Shown: piece after piece, positions 61,942 through 64,000 of the stretch
Layout of the letters: the number at the start of each line of letters is the position of its first letter
Position numbering within the stretch: position 1 is the first letter of the stretch
Assembly: GCA_002811645.1 (NCBI GenBank)
Contig: PDIP01000093.1
Span: 12,790 to 76,789 of the forward strand
DNA length: 64,000 bases
Direction: 5' to 3'
Origin: Corallochytrium limacisporum Hawaii
Lineage: Eukaryota; Protista; Pluriformea
Translations under genes and position numbers: made by a program
Notes under the pieces: generated by a model
Told to the model about the DNA's origin: nothing
Databases searched by the model: none
The model's input: only the letters and a program-made list of their open reading frames with translations

Positions 61942-62919
61942 TTATTCTCTGCCCATCCGGGCTACTTCCTGCACAGCAATATCAGATCCAGGGAAGACCT
62001 GTTCAACGTCTGCGACCATGAGGATTGGCAAAAACTCGTCATCATACACGGTACGGATCTTGGTTTTTTCAGGCAGAGGGATCTGCTGGGGTCGTACGTA
62101 GTCCCCGATACTCTTGCTGTCATCAACCGGTTGTTCACGCCTTTCGAGCTTAATGCCCCCGCTCGGTTCCAAGTTGTTCGGGGGTAGCTTCAAAACCGTC
62201 CGTTGCGTACTAATCTGTTTCATAGCCGTAAACGGAACAGACGCTTGCACGGTCGCTGTCGCTCCCATTTCCTTCAAGCGGCGACGTTCCCGGAGCTCCT
62301 CAACATAGAGCCGCTTGCGCTCGAGGGCAGCCTCTCGCTTCTCTTTAACCATGGCGTCGTGGTCCCCCTTGCCACGAGCGGCACTGTTGGCAGCAGTCTC
62401 CTTGTGACGCTGGTATTCCATAAGGCCTGCTGCCTGGGCAAAAGATTGATACTCAATGCTCTGAACGGGCACAAAATTCCTGGCCGGCCGATACGGGTTA
62501 TGATAGACTTCTGCTGGGTCTTTTGTGAGGATGTAAGGCTCCAGAGGGGCCGGTGCCAAGGGATCCATGTGTGAATCGCGCTGTTTGTGCAACTGATCGA
62601 AAAGTAAAAGGTGACTGAAAATGTGTGCTCTCCCATCACTGTATTCTTTTGACGTCCAGATCGCATCTAAGTCACGCGCATTGGGGTCGTTGGCAATGAT
62701 AAGGTCCGCATCCTTCCACTTATTCGTGATTCCGATTCTTGATGTGTAGTATGCTTGCCATTCACTGACCCACTTCTCATTAACGTCGGTAGCCACCCAC
62801 AAAAAGACTTTCGAGCGTCCTTTCCTAGACTTGCATGGCAAAGGATACGCTCCTTGATCCCGACTTACACTCGTTTGACTGAGACGCGAATATGAGGCGT
62901 CAGTTGTCGAACCCGCCAT
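61942..62919 (-). CDS. TERB2-like protein (putative meiotic telomere-bouquet protein; BRCT-like N-terminal domain)
   Basis: 325-aa ORF. aa ~38-131 'FLWVATDVNEKWVSEWQA...ITNKWKDADLIIANDPNARDLDAIWTSKEYSDGRAHIF...LEPYIL' aligns by eye with the recalled human TERB2 N-terminus. C-terminal 'EQVFPGSD' resembles TERB2 'DFIPGTSG'. Confidence 0.6.
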   Translation of the reverse strand: MAGSTTDASYSRLSQTSVSRDQGAYPLPCKSRKGRSKVFLWVATDVNEKWVSEWQAYYTSRIGITNKWKDADLIIANDPNARDLDAIWTSKEYSDGRAHIFSHLLLFDQLHKQRDSHMDPLAPAPLEPYILTKDPAEVYHNPYRPARNFVPVQSIEYQSFAQAAGLMEYQRHKETAANSAARGKGDHDAMVKEKREAALERKRLYVEELRERRRLKEMGATATVQASVPFTAMKQISTQRTVLKLPPNNLEPSGGIKLERREQPVDDSKSIGDYVRPQQIPLPEKTKIRTVYDDEFLPILMVADVEQVFPGSDIAVQEVARMGRE

Positions 62920-63926
62920 AATTATATTTCACTAATGAAGCACGAAAATTTGAATATTGATAAATGCTGTGTGTTTTATGTCCTGTCTTCTGTTACGAAA
63001 CCATAATCTTGACCCGTCTTTGCAATCTGTAGTCACTACGTCTCCGTCTTCTTCGACCCGAAATACGCACTACAGTGTAGGAGAACTTGGTGCACTTAAA
63101 TAAGAATTACACGCATCATCGTATAGACCAACTCAAAAATTCAACACCACAGACGGTTTCGCAGCAATGCATGCCTCTATCCCGCTATCCAATCCGTTCT
63201 TGCCCCAAATGAAGTCATGCCAGTGAAACTAAGGAACCCAAAACCCGCCCAGCCGCCTTCCCCATTGACCAGCATACCTTGCGCTCCACCAAGCGGCTCG
63301 GGTGCGATGAGAGAGAGCGCGCCAAAAAAAAAAAAAAAAACTACAGACAAAAATCTGCTTCGGAGACGGTTTGTAAGGTGCTATTTTATATACGGACATT
63401 TTTAGTTTCATAAACTTCAAACTCACAGGGACGGTTTTTCCGTTTCTCTGGAGGATTCGCAGAACGTGTTCGGAACCGATTCGGACGACAAGCAGAGTCC
63501 GATTTGAGTATTGGATTTGTACTGTGGAAAAGGGGCCGCAGCGCCCAGGCCGGAGAATGTGTATCCTGGACGATTGCGGACAATATGTAAAATTCTGGCT
63601 CCCCGCACCGTTCGTGGCCGGCGGGTCTCACAGAAATTGCAGTTCACTTTGCGTCGGGTGGCAGCCCCCGGTCTCTCGGGGCATTCCCGCCGAAGCCTGA
63701 CACGACCGGCTGGCCCGTTGCTTTGGCTGGTAGTTTCGCATGCATCTCTTGTTTCCTCTGGGATCAAGAGACTCATTAAGCTATCTGTGGACACGCAGAG
63801 GATAGAACGGTGAGTGATATAAGGTTCCCTGCAAGCAGTGCAAGCAGGATTCAGCTAGGAGATCAAGATCAAGTCTCACGTCAGAGGAGAGGAATCCCCG
63901 GGACCTTGGGAGAACATGATTTTCTC

Positions 63927-64000
63927 ATGCGGGTCTGTGGTTTGAGGCACGCGAGGACAAGTGTCTTTCGCACGCTTGCTTCGAGGCTACCTTTAGCAGG
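63927..64000 (+). CDS. Possible 5' end of a gene (partial); peptide resembles a mitochondrial presequence
   Basis: ATG CGG GTC... = MRVCGLRHARTSVFRTLASRLPLA, open to the window edge, Arg/Ser/Leu-rich with no acidic residues. Would be divergent from the TERB2-like gene. Confidence 0.4.
   Translation, partial: MRVCGLRHARTSVFRTLASRLPLA

Noticed and set aside
63885-63940. GGAATCCCCGGGACCTTGGG resembles RNase MRP CR-I
   Set aside because: Lacks the GAAAGTCCCC core, cannot be evaluated at the window edge, and overlaps a plausible CDS start.
1-64000. Transposons, CRISPR arrays, rRNA, viral or prokaryotic operon-type systems
   Set aside because: No transposase, RT or integrase motifs, no regularly spaced repeats and no rRNA signatures were seen; gene content is eukaryotic.

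Overview
Eukaryotic nuclear scaffold with five N-gaps. It carries 19 complete protein-coding genes, each apparently one uninterrupted ORF (up to 8.3 kb), and probably the start of a 20th at the right edge. In order: an acidic/Lys-rich HMG-box+PHD protein, Rad21, ATM, an SLC25 carrier, PRL/PTP4A phosphatase, GALK2-type kinase, NCA2, a Zn-finger DUSP, an AidB-type acyl-CoA dehydrogenase, a USP, a soluble adenylate cyclase with tandem cyclase domains, DIP2, PC4/Sub1, RPN1, an ADAM10/17-type protease, ZNF593/Bud20, SMARCD/BAF60, TRAPPC4 and a 325-aa protein that looks like a TERB2 homologue. Animal-type genes (ADAM10/17, DIP2 with Tyr motifs) occur alongside non-animal traits (NCA2, fungal-type cyclase, short TRAPPC4, intronless CDSs). 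This suggests an intron-poor unicellular opisthokont/holozoan, possibly Corallochytrium-like (inference only). The best lead is the TERB2-like gene, since the TERB1-TERB2-MAJIN meiotic telomere-attachment complex is generally regarded as metazoan. Other leads are candidate 5'-UTR-only introns, G/C-tract promoters, poly(A)-like hexamers fused to stop codons, a uORF abutting ATM, a mitochondrially targeted bacterial-type AidB, and EPIY-like Tyr repeats on DIP2. All family calls come from motif recognition by eye; no searches were run.
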